Below, piece by piece: positions 1 through 10,175 of a stretch of 64,000 nt of DNA. A model generated the notes under the pieces. That model was not told the origin of the DNA. It saw nothing but the letters and a program-made list of their open reading frames with translations, and ran no database searches. This DNA is from Tortispora ganteri (lineage: Eukaryota), in NCBI GenBank assembly GCA_003707115.1, contig PPNB01000005.1:434001-498000 (forward strand), read 5' to 3'. Every line of letters starts with the position of its first letter. Position 1 is the first letter of the stretch. A program made the translations under genes and the position numbers.

Positions 1-729
1 AGCTGGCGAGCAAAGGAAAAGAACAAGACCTTCAATGTCTTCAGGTTCGCCAAGACGCTGACGAGGGTTGCTCTTCATCATGTCCTCCTTACCGAGCTTC
101 TCGAGCAGTCCATTTGCCATCTTTGAGGGGAAGAAACCAGGAGCAATAGCGTTAACAGTGATATTACGCGGTCCAAGTGTGGCGCTAAGGGCTTTAGTAA
201 GATGATGTACAGCTGCTTTAGAAGCAAGGTAGCCGAAAGTACCTGACTCAGAGTGCGGGAGGAAACCAGCAACGGATCCTACTGTAATGACTCGACTGGG
301 GTCGTTATGAGTTCCAGCTTTCTCGAGCAAAGGAGCGGCAAGTTGCACGGTGGCAAACACAGAGCGTACGTTCAAGTGCAAGACTTTTTGGATGGCCTCG
401 TCTGGGTGTTCGTCAAAGGGAGCACCCCAGGTGGCGCCGGCATTGGCAATAACAATATCGAGCTTGCCGTTTTCGCGACGTCCAATCTCGTCAATAATCT
501 CTTTTAATCGATCTCGGTTAGTTATATCTCCAGGCAGGGCGACAACTTTGCCTAGACCAAGCTTGTTTAGTTCATCTTCGGTCTCCTTGCATTGCGAGGC
601 TTTGCGGGCAGTGATGTACACAGTCTTTGCACCGCCTTTCAACAGACCATGTACAGCATATAGTCCGAGTCCCCTGGAACCTCCAGTTACTAAAGCAGTT
701 TTTCCCTTAACTTCGAAGTTCAATGACAT
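1..729 (-). CDS. Classical short-chain dehydrogenase/reductase, RhlG-like 3-oxoacyl reductase subgroup; 3' end runs off the window; absent from the ORF track
   Basis: Manual translation from ATG at 729: MSLNFEVKGKTALVTGGSRGLG (TGxxxGxG), IANAGATWGAPFDEHPD, GSVAG, catalytic YLASK, ITVNAIAPGFFPSKM; open to position 1. Confidence 0.92.
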   Translation of the reverse strand, partial: MSLNFEVKGKTALVTGGSRGLGLYAVHGLLKGGAKTVYITARKASQCKETEDELNKLGLGKVVALPGDITNRDRLKEIIDEIGRRENGKLDIVIANAGATWGAPFDEHPDEAIQKVLHLNVRSVFATVQLAAPLLEKAGTHNDPSRVITVGSVAGFLPHSESGTFGYLASKAAVHHLTKALSATLGPRNITVNAIAPGFFPSKMANGLLEKLGKEDMMKSNPRQRLGEPEDIEGLVLFLCSPA

Positions 730-1108
730 TGGTTAGTAGTAAGTCTCTAGGGGTTTGTCGAATTTCGGCTAAGATATAAAAGTATATATACAACTGTGAG
801 TGTGGGGTAGGTACCCTTTGCCGTAGCCTCGGCATACAACGGTTTTTCCCATAGCAACGTAACCAATAGTTATCCGGCAACTGACGCTGCAGTATGTAGA
901 GAGCCACTGTCAATTGTTTAACAATAATGAGAAAAATATGCACGAATTATAACAATGAAAAATGTATGTTTTCTCCAAGTAGAAGTATCGGCTCTCGGTG
1001 CCGAGTACTCGTACAGTTTCCAGCCAATGAGGTCAATTCTCCCAACAATGACCTGAGGCGCCAACCAGGCGTCCAACAACAGTACACAAACCACCCACCA
1101 GGCTCTGG

Positions 1109-2182
1109 ATGAATTCGGTGCAGTTTCTGGCGGCGCAGATCAAGCGTGCTACGCTAAAGGAAGGCAATGACATTGCAACAGGCGGATCGTCAGCTGTATT
1201 GAAAGAGCCGCAGCCGGTACGCCGGAAACAGTCCACACATAATCGATCTAATTCAAGCTCTTCCAGCAGATCAGATGAATCGGAAGAGTCATTGGAATTC
1301 TCAGACGATGAGCTTGTCGATCGCCAGCAGGCTGCTGTTGCGGACGATTATGCAGATAACTATACTGAAGATTCTGACGGGCCTATGGATACGCCACCTG
1401 TTGAGTCTCTACCACGTATTTTACAGCTGTTCATGGCCCCCTTCGTGCTGATATTTAGCATCTTATCAGCACTCAAGGAAATAATATGGCCAAGCCCGCA
1501 ACGCAATCCCGCTGCCCCCTCTCCGCCTCCTGAAGAAATTGCTGCGGCTGCATCCTACGTCAAAGCTTCGTTCTCTCCTGCCGCAGTCTGGCACCCGGAG
1601 TTGCCTTCTTTGCCGCTACGACGACTGCTTAGCCCCACAAGGAAAACACTCATTCTCGACCTTGACGAGACACTAATACACTCGCTTGCCCGCGGTAACG
1701 CAATGGCATCCGGACATATGGTTGAGGTCAAGCTAGATCGTCAGCTTGCCATCCTCTATTCCGTGCATAAACGGCCGCACTGCGACGAGTTTCTTCGGGC
1801 GGTGCATTCATGGTACAATCTTGTCGTGTTCACAGCTTCTGTCAAAGCGTATGCCGACCCAGTAATAGATTTTCTCGAACAGGATCAACGCTATTTCACA
1901 AACAGATTCTATAGAAATCACTGCACACCACGTGGCGGCGGCTACATCAAAAACCTCAGCCTGGTGAGCGACGACCTCGCTCAGGCTGTCATTATAGACA
2001 ACTCTCCTACCAGCTACGCGGATCATGTCGATAACGCAATCGCTATTGAAGGCTGGATTAACGATCCCAGCGACAAAGAACTGCTATATCTATTACCAGT
2101 TTTGAACGCAATGCGGTACATGCACGATGTGCGTTCGCTCATTTCACTTCGTGCCGCTCAGCATATTACAGAACTATTCTAG
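1109..2182 (+). CDS. NEM1: Nem1/CTDNEP1-type HAD protein phosphatase
   Basis: DLDETL motif, VHKRPHCDEFL, VFTAS, IIDNSP, GWINDPSD; one hydrophobic segment before the FCP1-like domain. Confidence 0.88.
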   Translation: MNSVQFLAAQIKRATLKEGNDIATGGSSAVLKEPQPVRRKQSTHNRSNSSSSSRSDESEESLEFSDDELVDRQQAAVADDYADNYTEDSDGPMDTPPVESLPRILQLFMAPFVLIFSILSALKEIIWPSPQRNPAAPSPPPEEIAAAASYVKASFSPAAVWHPELPSLPLRRLLSPTRKTLILDLDETLIHSLARGNAMASGHMVEVKLDRQLAILYSVHKRPHCDEFLRAVHSWYNLVVFTASVKAYADPVIDFLEQDQRYFTNRFYRNHCTPRGGGYIKNLSLVSDDLAQAVIIDNSPTSYADHVDNAIAIEGWINDPSDKELLYLLPVLNAMRYMHDVRSLISLRAAQHITELF

Positions 2183-2623
2183 TTTCATTTCCTGCAGCGG
2201 ATTTAAAAAATACCGTTTACCTATACTTACAGCTGTGCAGGCGCCCAACGGAAAATACCTGTAGGGGGCTAATGCTGATCCTGCGGTAGCAACTATTACC
2301 GCGAGAGTCCACCCGAGTATCTCGAAGGCTACCTGCCGCTGCACTCCGCTCATAGACACCGCACAACATAGGAACGATGAAATAGTCCATAATGTGGCTC
2401 TACGCTCTTCATGCGTTTTCATATTCATAATATATAACCCTCCGACGATCGCAAGCACTGTGCAAACTGTTAGCCTAAAGATGCGAAAGTCTTCGTTCGC
2501 AAGTCGACGTAGATCCTCCAGCAGTTTCTTCTGCTCGAATGGATCCGATATAAGTACTGAATTCGGAAGGTTCGAGTACAATTCTGGCTGGAACCTATGC
2601 AATGCTCGTCGTGTGCGAGACAT
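2174..2623 (-). CDS. Hypothetical small multi-pass membrane protein (149 aa)
   Basis: ATG-initiated ORF; charged N-terminal helix (EQKKLLEDLRRLANED) then 3-4 hydrophobic segments; 3' end overlaps NEM1 by 9 nt. Confidence 0.6.
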   Translation of the reverse strand: MSRTRRALHRFQPELYSNLPNSVLISDPFEQKKLLEDLRRLANEDFRIFRLTVCTVLAIVGGLYIMNMKTHEERRATLWTISSFLCCAVSMSGVQRQVAFEILGWTLAVIVATAGSALAPYRYFPLGACTAVSIGKRYFLNPLQEMKLE

Positions 2624-3453
2624 CCAGACTCACTTTTCAAGACACACGCTGTTGTGGCGTGGCGAAAGTCAAGTTCGCGTTCTACGGTTGCTAACCGTGA
2701 ATCATGGTTGATCACAGCTAAAGCGGTGCGGCGCTTTTCTCAACTCTTGATCATTATATTTCATCTATGATTATCTGATACCCATTGAAATATTATGGTA
2801 ATACTGTTGAATGAGTTGTCGATGTTAATTGTCGCTGTTAGTTGTCGCTGTTAAATTGATCCATCTATTTGTTCGTTCCTTCGCTGTACCAACTTCTGCA
2901 TCCTGGCATCGATCGTACCAGCCTAGTACCTCTTTTGTGTACGCATATCTCACTAACGCCACTTTTAATAGTTGCACATTTAATCCACATGCCTATTAAC
3001 TATTACAAGCTCAACAACAGGAACTGTTTATGGTTAAAAGGTGTATCTTTAATTTAAATTAAGCTCCAACTGTCAACTGTCAGGCTTAACGCCACCACTC
3101 CTACAAATATTACATTTACATTTCTATTTACCATTACGATTATGATCTAATTGCAATAAAACTAAGAATTAAACTACAATTATATTAAAAATTTGCAATT
3201 ACAAACCTACAAGTCAACAGATAGCGTTCTTTTAAAATTCTCCCTACAAAACGTATCTTACAGTGTCTCAAACTCGCACACGCCACAATTACAAAATCAA
3301 TGTTACATTATAAGTACCTTAATATCCTTTAATAATTAAAAAAACAAAATATTAATTCAACTGCAGATTCAATTATCCAATTGGCTGTTGCACCAATGAC
3401 CGATCACAGGTGATAGTCGCTGGGAGGTTCACCAACACAAGTTGACCTTCGAG

Positions 3454-5118
3454 ATGGCGTCAAGATTGCCGGATTTAGAGTACCTAGCAATATACAATCC
3501 GCTTCTTGGGCCTGATGAAGATAATGTCGAGGATCAGCTAGTATTTTTTTACGGGCAAGGCGAGCCTATCAAGTACGTTGGACTGACACAGGGTATGAAT
3601 GCATTTCTGATGCAATTCGGTGGTACAGGTTCGGTAAACATCGAAACTACAACATCGCGCCTTGTTGCTATAGAAGTTGAGCAAAACTGGTGGGTACTTG
3701 TTTCTGCAACGCTTGGAATGGTCTCGGCAAAACCTGGTGCGCCACCTGTTTATACAACTAGAAACATGGGCCCACATGACCAGATCGACGCCGATCTCAA
3801 ACTTGCCTACAAGATGTTCACCATTTGTCAAGGTTCATTCCAGCACATTCTTGAAAATTCCGACAGATCAACGCTCTTGAACGACATAAAACCGTACTGG
3901 CAACATTTTGCGCAAACTTATACCCCATCCCTTGACGGACTCGGTGCGCTTAACGTCCTACTCGCTGAACCGCTTGTCAGACTGCCTGCAGGGTTCCCCA
4001 AACTCACAGAAGAGCTCAATAATGCTATAGACTTCTCTCTGGTTGCAGAATACGATCTTAAGCACGCTATAATTGCCCGAAAATCGTGCCCTGGCATTGT
4101 TTACTGGACAAACACCGATCTCGCTAACTACGTCTACGCTAACTACTGCAAACTAGACGTGCCTACCGATCAAACAGAAGAACAGGCTTACACTTCCACA
4201 TCTTCAGCTTCTGTATGGGACTCAATAAGGCTACCCACTATGACTTCCTATTTCTACCCGCACGCAAACCAACCTTCGACCTCCAGTCCGGCCGCTACGC
4301 CCGATATTGAGAATCCTGACGAGATCGCCCCATCGGCTTGCCACACACCATCAGAAGATGTTAATATACCTGAATCTTCTTCTACGTCTTTGTCTAATTC
4401 GCACTCACCAGCGTTCTTCCAGCAGGCCACCAACCCTGATTTCGTCAAAGAGACGAAGAAGTTGTGGATCAACGGCTGCTTCTACGAAGTGTGCATTATA
4501 ATCACAAAAAACTGGGTCTTTGCACTTGTTCCCGATGGCGAATTTCCCAGAAGGTCGCCACCTATTGATTTGAGGATTACCAGTTTACTGGTACCGCTGG
4601 ATGAGCAGTGGAACAATGCGAAACCCCTGCCATCGTCGCATTCATCACTGTACTACATTGTAGTGGATAGAGAACGTGGGACGTTTGAATCATCGTTACC
4701 ACTAATTGGCGATGAGATTTGGGATAAACAAGACGCGATATATGTACATAGAACGCTTCTTTCTCTCCTAATAGCACCCATAACGCTCGGCACTAAGGAC
4801 ATCTCCGACTCAATTTCAATGTCGAGTCTTTCAAATTTCAATTCGGTGCTAGGTGAAATAACTGCACTAACGCCGCATCGCTGGGCAATCACAAAACTCA
4901 TTGCAGATTCAGAGGTTTTAGTTATCAAACGGCCGCGAATTCACATCGAACAGGAGCAGCAGTCTCAAGGGCTTATGAACATGTTTTCATGGAATTCCGC
5001 TCCGCGAAACGCGTCTCAGGAACCAGTACAATCGGCAAAACTGACTTGGACGCATATAGCGAGAGCATTGGGCCCTAGATCAGAGCATATACAGGAACGG
5101 CTTAGGAAGTCGGTATGA
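3454..5118 (+). CDS. CCZ1: Vacuolar fusion protein Ccz1 (longin domain, Mon1-Ccz1 GEF)
   Basis: N-terminal LEYLAIYNPLLG...EDQLVFFY...VGLTQGM...EVEQNWWV matches the Ccz1 first longin domain; first ATG at 3454. Confidence 0.8.
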   Translation: MASRLPDLEYLAIYNPLLGPDEDNVEDQLVFFYGQGEPIKYVGLTQGMNAFLMQFGGTGSVNIETTTSRLVAIEVEQNWWVLVSATLGMVSAKPGAPPVYTTRNMGPHDQIDADLKLAYKMFTICQGSFQHILENSDRSTLLNDIKPYWQHFAQTYTPSLDGLGALNVLLAEPLVRLPAGFPKLTEELNNAIDFSLVAEYDLKHAIIARKSCPGIVYWTNTDLANYVYANYCKLDVPTDQTEEQAYTSTSSASVWDSIRLPTMTSYFYPHANQPSTSSPAATPDIENPDEIAPSACHTPSEDVNIPESSSTSLSNSHSPAFFQQATNPDFVKETKKLWINGCFYEVCIIITKNWVFALVPDGEFPRRSPPIDLRITSLLVPLDEQWNNAKPLPSSHSSLYYIVVDRERGTFESSLPLIGDEIWDKQDAIYVHRTLLSLLIAPITLGTKDISDSISMSSLSNFNSVLGEITALTPHRWAITKLIADSEVLVIKRPRIHIEQEQQSQGLMNMFSWNSAPRNASQEPVQSAKLTWTHIARALGPRSEHIQERLRKSV

Positions 5119-5246
5119 ATGTTTTGCGATTACATTCTTGCGGTCTGCTGCAAATGAAATAAAAAAACATTACTATGCATGTGTCTTGTTTTACATTTTA
5201 TCTAATTTTGTTCGATTGTCTCTTGTTTACTGGTGTTTTGCAATAG

Positions 5247-5283
5247 CGACTGAAAGATCGACTGAAAGATCGACTGAAAGATC
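5247..5283. repeat. Perfect tandem repeat, 3 x 12 bp (CGACTGAAAGAT)
   Basis: Copies start at 5247, 5259 and 5271. Confidence 0.95.
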
Positions 5284-6021
5284 TTATGTATATGCTATAT
5301 GCGTGTTTTCTGGCGTACCTTTAGGGTCCTTCAGGCACCAAATTTACTAACGTGCGAATGACAGAATTGTCCTGATAAAGGATCCATCCAGGGACACGAT
5401 TTTGGAATATATAAAGAAGAACCTCAACAAGACATCTTCTCACTTGTTTGACTGCGCACTGAATCACACAAGCTCTATGAAATCAATCAGATTTACATCT
5501 ATTCTCTCTGCGCTCATTAGCCGAAGAAGAGGGTATCACCTTAGTGTCGACATCAATTTTCTCGTTGCCTATTTCTTTTTTGGCAGTTTTTAAACAGCTA
5601 CAATAACACTACGAATGACAATGGCACTATGATCTGGGGCACTAGCAGACCCTATAGACTGCATATATCATTAATAACTAGAAGCTATACTAATAATATA
5701 TTACACTAAGATATTTTTATATAATAAAATTACTATTTATGAATGTAACATTGTCTTTAATAGTTAACCGGTCGCGTGCCGATCCCCCAGTATGTGTATA
5801 TGCATGTGCATGCAATCCCAATTCACAGCCAATCACAGGCCACATGTAAGCGGAAAGGACCGGGACCTTAGCAACCGGAAGGAAAAAAATAGACTGTACC
5901 TTTTTCACTCTTGCAATATATATAAAGAAGGTCTTCTGACACACGTAAATAGCTTTACAACGGCTATCAGTTATTATAGAGAGACAATAGAGGGATATAA
6001 TCAGTTTCTAGAGTATTTAAA

Positions 6022-6549
6022 ATGAAAATTTTTTCGTCGCAATACGTGTTTTCGTATCCGTGGGATACCGTGACTATTGCCAATTGGCAGAAGTACCCTA
6101 ACGAGCGTTGTCCGCATGTTCAAAGCGTTGATGTTCTGCGCCGCGAGGTGAAAGATGGTGTTTTACGCACGGAAAGATTGATCTCTGTCAGACAGAATGT
6201 CCCGGGTTGGTTAGTGGCTTTAATAGGCGGTTCTAACCTGAGCTATGTACGCGAAGTCAGCGAAGTCGATATCTCCAATAAAAGTTTGACCTTGCGATCA
6301 ACTAACCTCACATTCAACAGTCTTCTTTCTGTATACGAGACTGTCAAGTACACGCCTGCTATAGAAGTTGGAGAAGACGACAAAATAAAAGAAGCGACTT
6401 TGTTCGAGCAAGAAGCGCAAATATCGGCTAATGCCGCATTCTTGAGGCTAAAGAACAAGATCGAGGAATGGTCGGTTGAAAGGTTCACACAGAACGCTGT
6501 CAGTGGCAAAGCCGGTTTTGAAAGCGTATTAAGGAAATTCACAAATTAG
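6022..6549 (+). CDS. UPS2: PRELI/MSF1-family mitochondrial phospholipid transfer protein
   Basis: YPWDTVTIANWQKYPN...HVQSVDVLRRE...TERLI...YVREVSEVD...LFEQEAQI...EEWSVERF...GKAGFESVL. Confidence 0.92.
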   Translation: MKIFSSQYVFSYPWDTVTIANWQKYPNERCPHVQSVDVLRREVKDGVLRTERLISVRQNVPGWLVALIGGSNLSYVREVSEVDISNKSLTLRSTNLTFNSLLSVYETVKYTPAIEVGEDDKIKEATLFEQEAQISANAAFLRLKNKIEEWSVERFTQNAVSGKAGFESVLRKFTN

Positions 6550-6632
6550 AATTTCATTTTGCACTGTATAAACGCGACAAAAGTTATACACCGAAATTGT
6601 GGCTGCGTACATAGATCACACCTGCTCGCAAC

Positions 6633-6977
6633 ATGGGTGATTCGATGGTGTGCTGCCTAACCTTAACTTCCGACATGACCGCGATCCGCACGCAGATTGA
6701 GGAAATTATAAGACGTGATTTTAAGCCTCAACGGCTGAATATATTCAATGACTCTACAAAGCACTCGCATCATGCAGCGATGAAGCAATGGAACCAAAAT
6801 CCGGCATCGGATGTCCCGGAAACGCATTTTCGTCTGGAAATAGTCTCTGATCTATTCAAGGGCAAACCTTTACCTGCTAGACACAGGCTTGTATATAAGG
6901 CACTCTCTGCGCAGATGCAGCCTGGACTAGTGCATGCATTACAACTAAAAACTCTTACGCCTGAAGAAGATAAATAA
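6633..6977 (+). CDS. BOL1: BolA-family protein (Bol1-type); start may be ATG 6675
   Basis: NDSTKHSHH...ETHFRLEIVS...RHRLVY...VHALQLKTLTPEE. Confidence 0.85.
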   Translation: MGDSMVCCLTLTSDMTAIRTQIEEIIRRDFKPQRLNIFNDSTKHSHHAAMKQWNQNPASDVPETHFRLEIVSDLFKGKPLPARHRLVYKALSAQMQPGLVHALQLKTLTPEEDK

Positions 6978-7184
6978 ATAAATATATAAATAAAATTTTG
7001 GATGGAATATAACATTAAAAATTTATGATTGTTTTCGTATCGTTCGTATCATGCATGCATTATAAAATGATTGGTTGAGTCTTCATTTTTTTGTGATTAT
7101 TTTTTTTTTCTTTTTTTGTAATTTTCATGATTTGCGTCAAATTTCGTCAAACTGTCCTACCCGAGAGATGCATTATCGTATCAG

Positions 7185-7457
7185 TTAGAGCATGTAGGGA
7201 TCGATATCGGGTAAGACATTACTCTGCGGCATAAGCGAGGGCGAGGCTCCGAACTTCCGCGGGTTATAGTCCATCAAGGTGTAGGACAGGAGTGGTGATG
7301 GCGTCGAACTCTTGCTGGTATTGTATCCAGAGAGAGTAGGCGATTCAAGCGATGAAGTAGCAAGTTCCTGTAATCGACATTTCTCAGAGCAGTACATCGA
7401 TCCAGTGGTGCACTGCTTGTCGCAGACGGGGCAATAGTCGATAGTCCACATATTCAT
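7185..7457 (-). CDS. ECL1: Ecl1-family protein (extender of chronological lifespan)
   Basis: YCPVCDKQ...MYCSEKCRLQE four-cysteine signature followed by an S/T/P-rich tail. Confidence 0.85.
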   Translation of the reverse strand: MNMWTIDYCPVCDKQCTTGSMYCSEKCRLQELATSSLESPTLSGYNTSKSSTPSPLLSYTLMDYNPRKFGASPSLMPQSNVLPDIDPYML

Positions 7458-7610
7458 TCCTGTGAGCAGTGGCAGTAAAATTGCTATTCTTTGTGTTGTT
7501 GGTTGTTCGAACGAATGTTTCGAAATGCTTTATTGCTTTTTTTTTCTTAACACAAATCAGTGTTATATATATTTTCGAACGGTAACAGACTCAATGTTTC
7601 TAGTGTATTC

Positions 7611-7724
7611 TTTTATACTGCCCCCTCTGTTCCGCCTGATTGCATCATGAGCACGTGACGTATTGCTCATGCATCCACCGAACGTCGTCATTGGTCTATA
7701 TTTCTCCCAGACATGAGTCACGTT
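7611..7724 (-). promoter_or_regulatory. ECL1 promoter: TATA, bHLH (Cbf1/Pho4-type) E-box, CRE-like and Gcn4/AP-1 sites
   Basis: TATAAAA on minus strand 7611-7617; GCACGTGAC 7651-7659; TGACGTA 7656-7662; ATGAGTCA 7713-7720. Confidence 0.5.
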
Positions 7725-8444
7725 TCCCAATTTAGCAAATTCTAGATTCAAAAGACAATTTTAAAGCCCCGCAAACTTTTGCAGGGCTACTTGAGGGGGG
7801 GAATATCGCCAAGGTACCCTAACCTTAAGCAATATTTTTTCATTTAGGCTAGTACAACCAAGAAAGAAAAACATACCACTATTCGTAGGTAGTCGTCATT
7901 CTTTCCAGCATATTTTGCACTTCCTTGAGGGACTAGTAATCTTTCTTCTGATTTTATTATGACGTGTCTTGATCATGATAAACACGTCATTCACACCGAA
8001 TACGCACTAATCCAGATCGCTCTGAACTGACTTTCCGATATCGGCGCCTCCAATGTCCCAAGGCAAAAGGTTTCAGCCTAATTTCCGGCCCGGTTTGCTT
8101 ACGTCGATCTGCACGGAAATAGCGTTTGCTAAATATCGCGCCATTATCACCATTACACATTCAGATCGCAGTTTTATTCTTTTTTTTGATAGCGACAGCC
8201 AGCTGCTGAAAACTTACCCCTCAATTTGGTTGGGCTCAGAAGTTTCTACCCCACAAAAACATGACACCTCCCCCCTCTCATACATTCAAACGGTTTGCAT
8301 GAACCTTAAACCCTCTTCTAAGCGGCCAGTTTAACAGTTAGTTACGCAATATATCCGAGAGCCTGTTTCTACAGTCGATCAGCTGTTACATAGCCAAAAA
8401 AACTAAATCTCCAAATCTTATATCCATATTTAGCAATGCTCTAG

Positions 8445-10175
8445 CTATCCCGATTTCATCTTGGCGCTGTCCTTACTATTGAGACCATAGTCCATTCCAT
8501 CCTCATTCGGCCCTTCTCCTTCGATCACGACGCTATGCATTGCATCTTCGATATTCACCTTCGGTCCTCGGAACCATTTGTGTGCGTCAACTATAAACCA
8601 TATAATAGCTAAACTCATGGACCCGCCGTACACCACACACGTCCAGTTCATCATGTCCGGCGTGTTGTCAGCGCCCTTATACTGCGGGAAGTTTAAGAAC
8701 GGAATCATAATAGTTACCCACGCACACGAGAGCAACCCGACCGGCTGAGAAAACGGCCCCAGATGCCAAGGACCTCGACGAAACTTCTTCCCAACAAAAA
8801 ATACTTTCACAAATGTCGGCGTAGCAAACGCTATATACGCAGCAATAGCTCCCACAGAGAATATAGCATCAATCGCTGTGACACCACCAAACATAAGCAG
8901 GCAAAGCAATGCTCCAATCGTAGCATTCATAAATACTGCATTAACGGGAGTTTGTGTGTATTTATTAACCTGCCGCCAGAATCGCGACATAGGGAAACAT
9001 CCGTCTCGCGCATAAGCGTATGTGACGCGCGACGCAGCCACCATACAACCTTGGCCCATGAAGAAGCCTGCAACGATCGTCAAGCCTACTACCACCATCG
9101 CTTTGTCATTGCCGAGAACCTGTCTGCAGTATGTAGCCCAGGGCTGGCCCAAGTCATCGGACAGAATTACCTCGTCTATATTAACAACGGTGTACGCAAC
9201 AATAAGATTCATAAGCCATCCCATAGTACCTCCGACTCCCGCTGTCAAAACAATGGCACGTGGACTGGCAACTGCAGCATTGCTGCATTCTTCTGCCAAG
9301 TGAAATGGTGCGTCGTAACCTGACATCGTCCAAAGAATAGCGATGAAACTCATTAGCACCGCAACCCCATCAGGCCAATCAGTCTGGTTGTATACGTTTG
9401 ACCAGACATAGCTATTGGTATTCCACTTGGTAGGTGCATCTGAAGCCACTTCACGGTCATTAGCCGCCAGAAGTATTATTCCGCAGACAAATAGAAAAAT
9501 AATGTTCAAGCTCGTTCCCAGAGAGTTGAAACGGGCAATCCATTTCGTCGGGAGCGAAGATATACACGCATGCACATAGAGAATTAGCAGCGTGAGAAGA
9601 TATACCTGATAAGTCTCGGGTGTGAAATCTGGGTTTCGCATCTGTGCAAGAGACATAATCATTGAAGCCAATGCGTAATCGACTGACGGAGCGCCAGTCA
9701 CTTGCGCAATCCAGTTACTCCATCCAGTTATCCAGGACGCTAAGGGGGCCCATCCAGGAGGTGCCAATACTGCAACGGCATAGTACAAACCACCAGATGT
9801 AGGCATGGAGGAACAAATTTCAGCCATGCTACTGGCGACAGCCTGAACTCCAATCATTGAGACAATCCAGCCCCAGGAAATACCGGCAGTGCCCGCATAG
9901 CCGAGCCCAAAGTACATGGTTGAAGCTATTGAAGGCAGTAATCCTAAGACGGCAAACGACACAGCAAACGAGGACCAGAGCGAAAATTCGCGGCGAAATT
10001 CCTGTTTATAGCCAAGAGCTGCCAAACGGGCCTCGTCATCAGTTATAGCATGGTCTGTGTGCACTACTGCATGATGACCAGATAGCACTGAAGTGACATC
10101 TATCTTTTCGACATCGATATCGATGTCGCTCATGTTGCCATGATGACCAATGACATGTATAGCATCAGGATTCAT
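8445..10175 (-). CDS. APC-superfamily amino acid/GABA/polyamine permease (UGA4/TPO5-like ACT family)
   Basis: LAALGYKQEFRREFS, SMAEICSSMPTSGGLY, GYDAPFHLAEEC, SRVTYAYARDG; about 12 hydrophobic segments. Confidence 0.92.
   Translation of the reverse strand: MNPDAIHVIGHHGNMSDIDIDVEKIDVTSVLSGHHAVVHTDHAITDDEARLAALGYKQEFRREFSLWSSFAVSFAVLGLLPSIASTMYFGLGYAGTAGISWGWIVSMIGVQAVASSMAEICSSMPTSGGLYYAVAVLAPPGWAPLASWITGWSNWIAQVTGAPSVDYALASMIMSLAQMRNPDFTPETYQVYLLTLLILYVHACISSLPTKWIARFNSLGTSLNIIFLFVCGIILLAANDREVASDAPTKWNTNSYVWSNVYNQTDWPDGVAVLMSFIAILWTMSGYDAPFHLAEECSNAAVASPRAIVLTAGVGGTMGWLMNLIVAYTVVNIDEVILSDDLGQPWATYCRQVLGNDKAMVVVGLTIVAGFFMGQGCMVAASRVTYAYARDGCFPMSRFWRQVNKYTQTPVNAVFMNATIGALLCLLMFGGVTAIDAIFSVGAIAAYIAFATPTFVKVFFVGKKFRRGPWHLGPFSQPVGLLSCAWVTIMIPFLNFPQYKGADNTPDMMNWTCVVYGGSMSLAIIWFIVDAHKWFRGPKVNIEDAMHSVVIEGEGPNEDGMDYGLNSKDSAKMKSG

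Noticed and set aside
1..729. Bacterial horizontal transfer of the RhlG-like SDR
   Set aside because: This SDR subgroup is common in fungi; nothing in the sequence supports transfer without a phylogeny
78..736. ORFs 78-272, 253-507 and 350-736
   Set aside because: Antisense or out-of-frame shadows of the real SDR gene at 729->1
5247..5283. 12-bp repeat, and the degenerate 11-bp repeat near 35657-35695, as CRISPR-like arrays
   Set aside because: No spacers, too short, eukaryotic context; ordinary minisatellites
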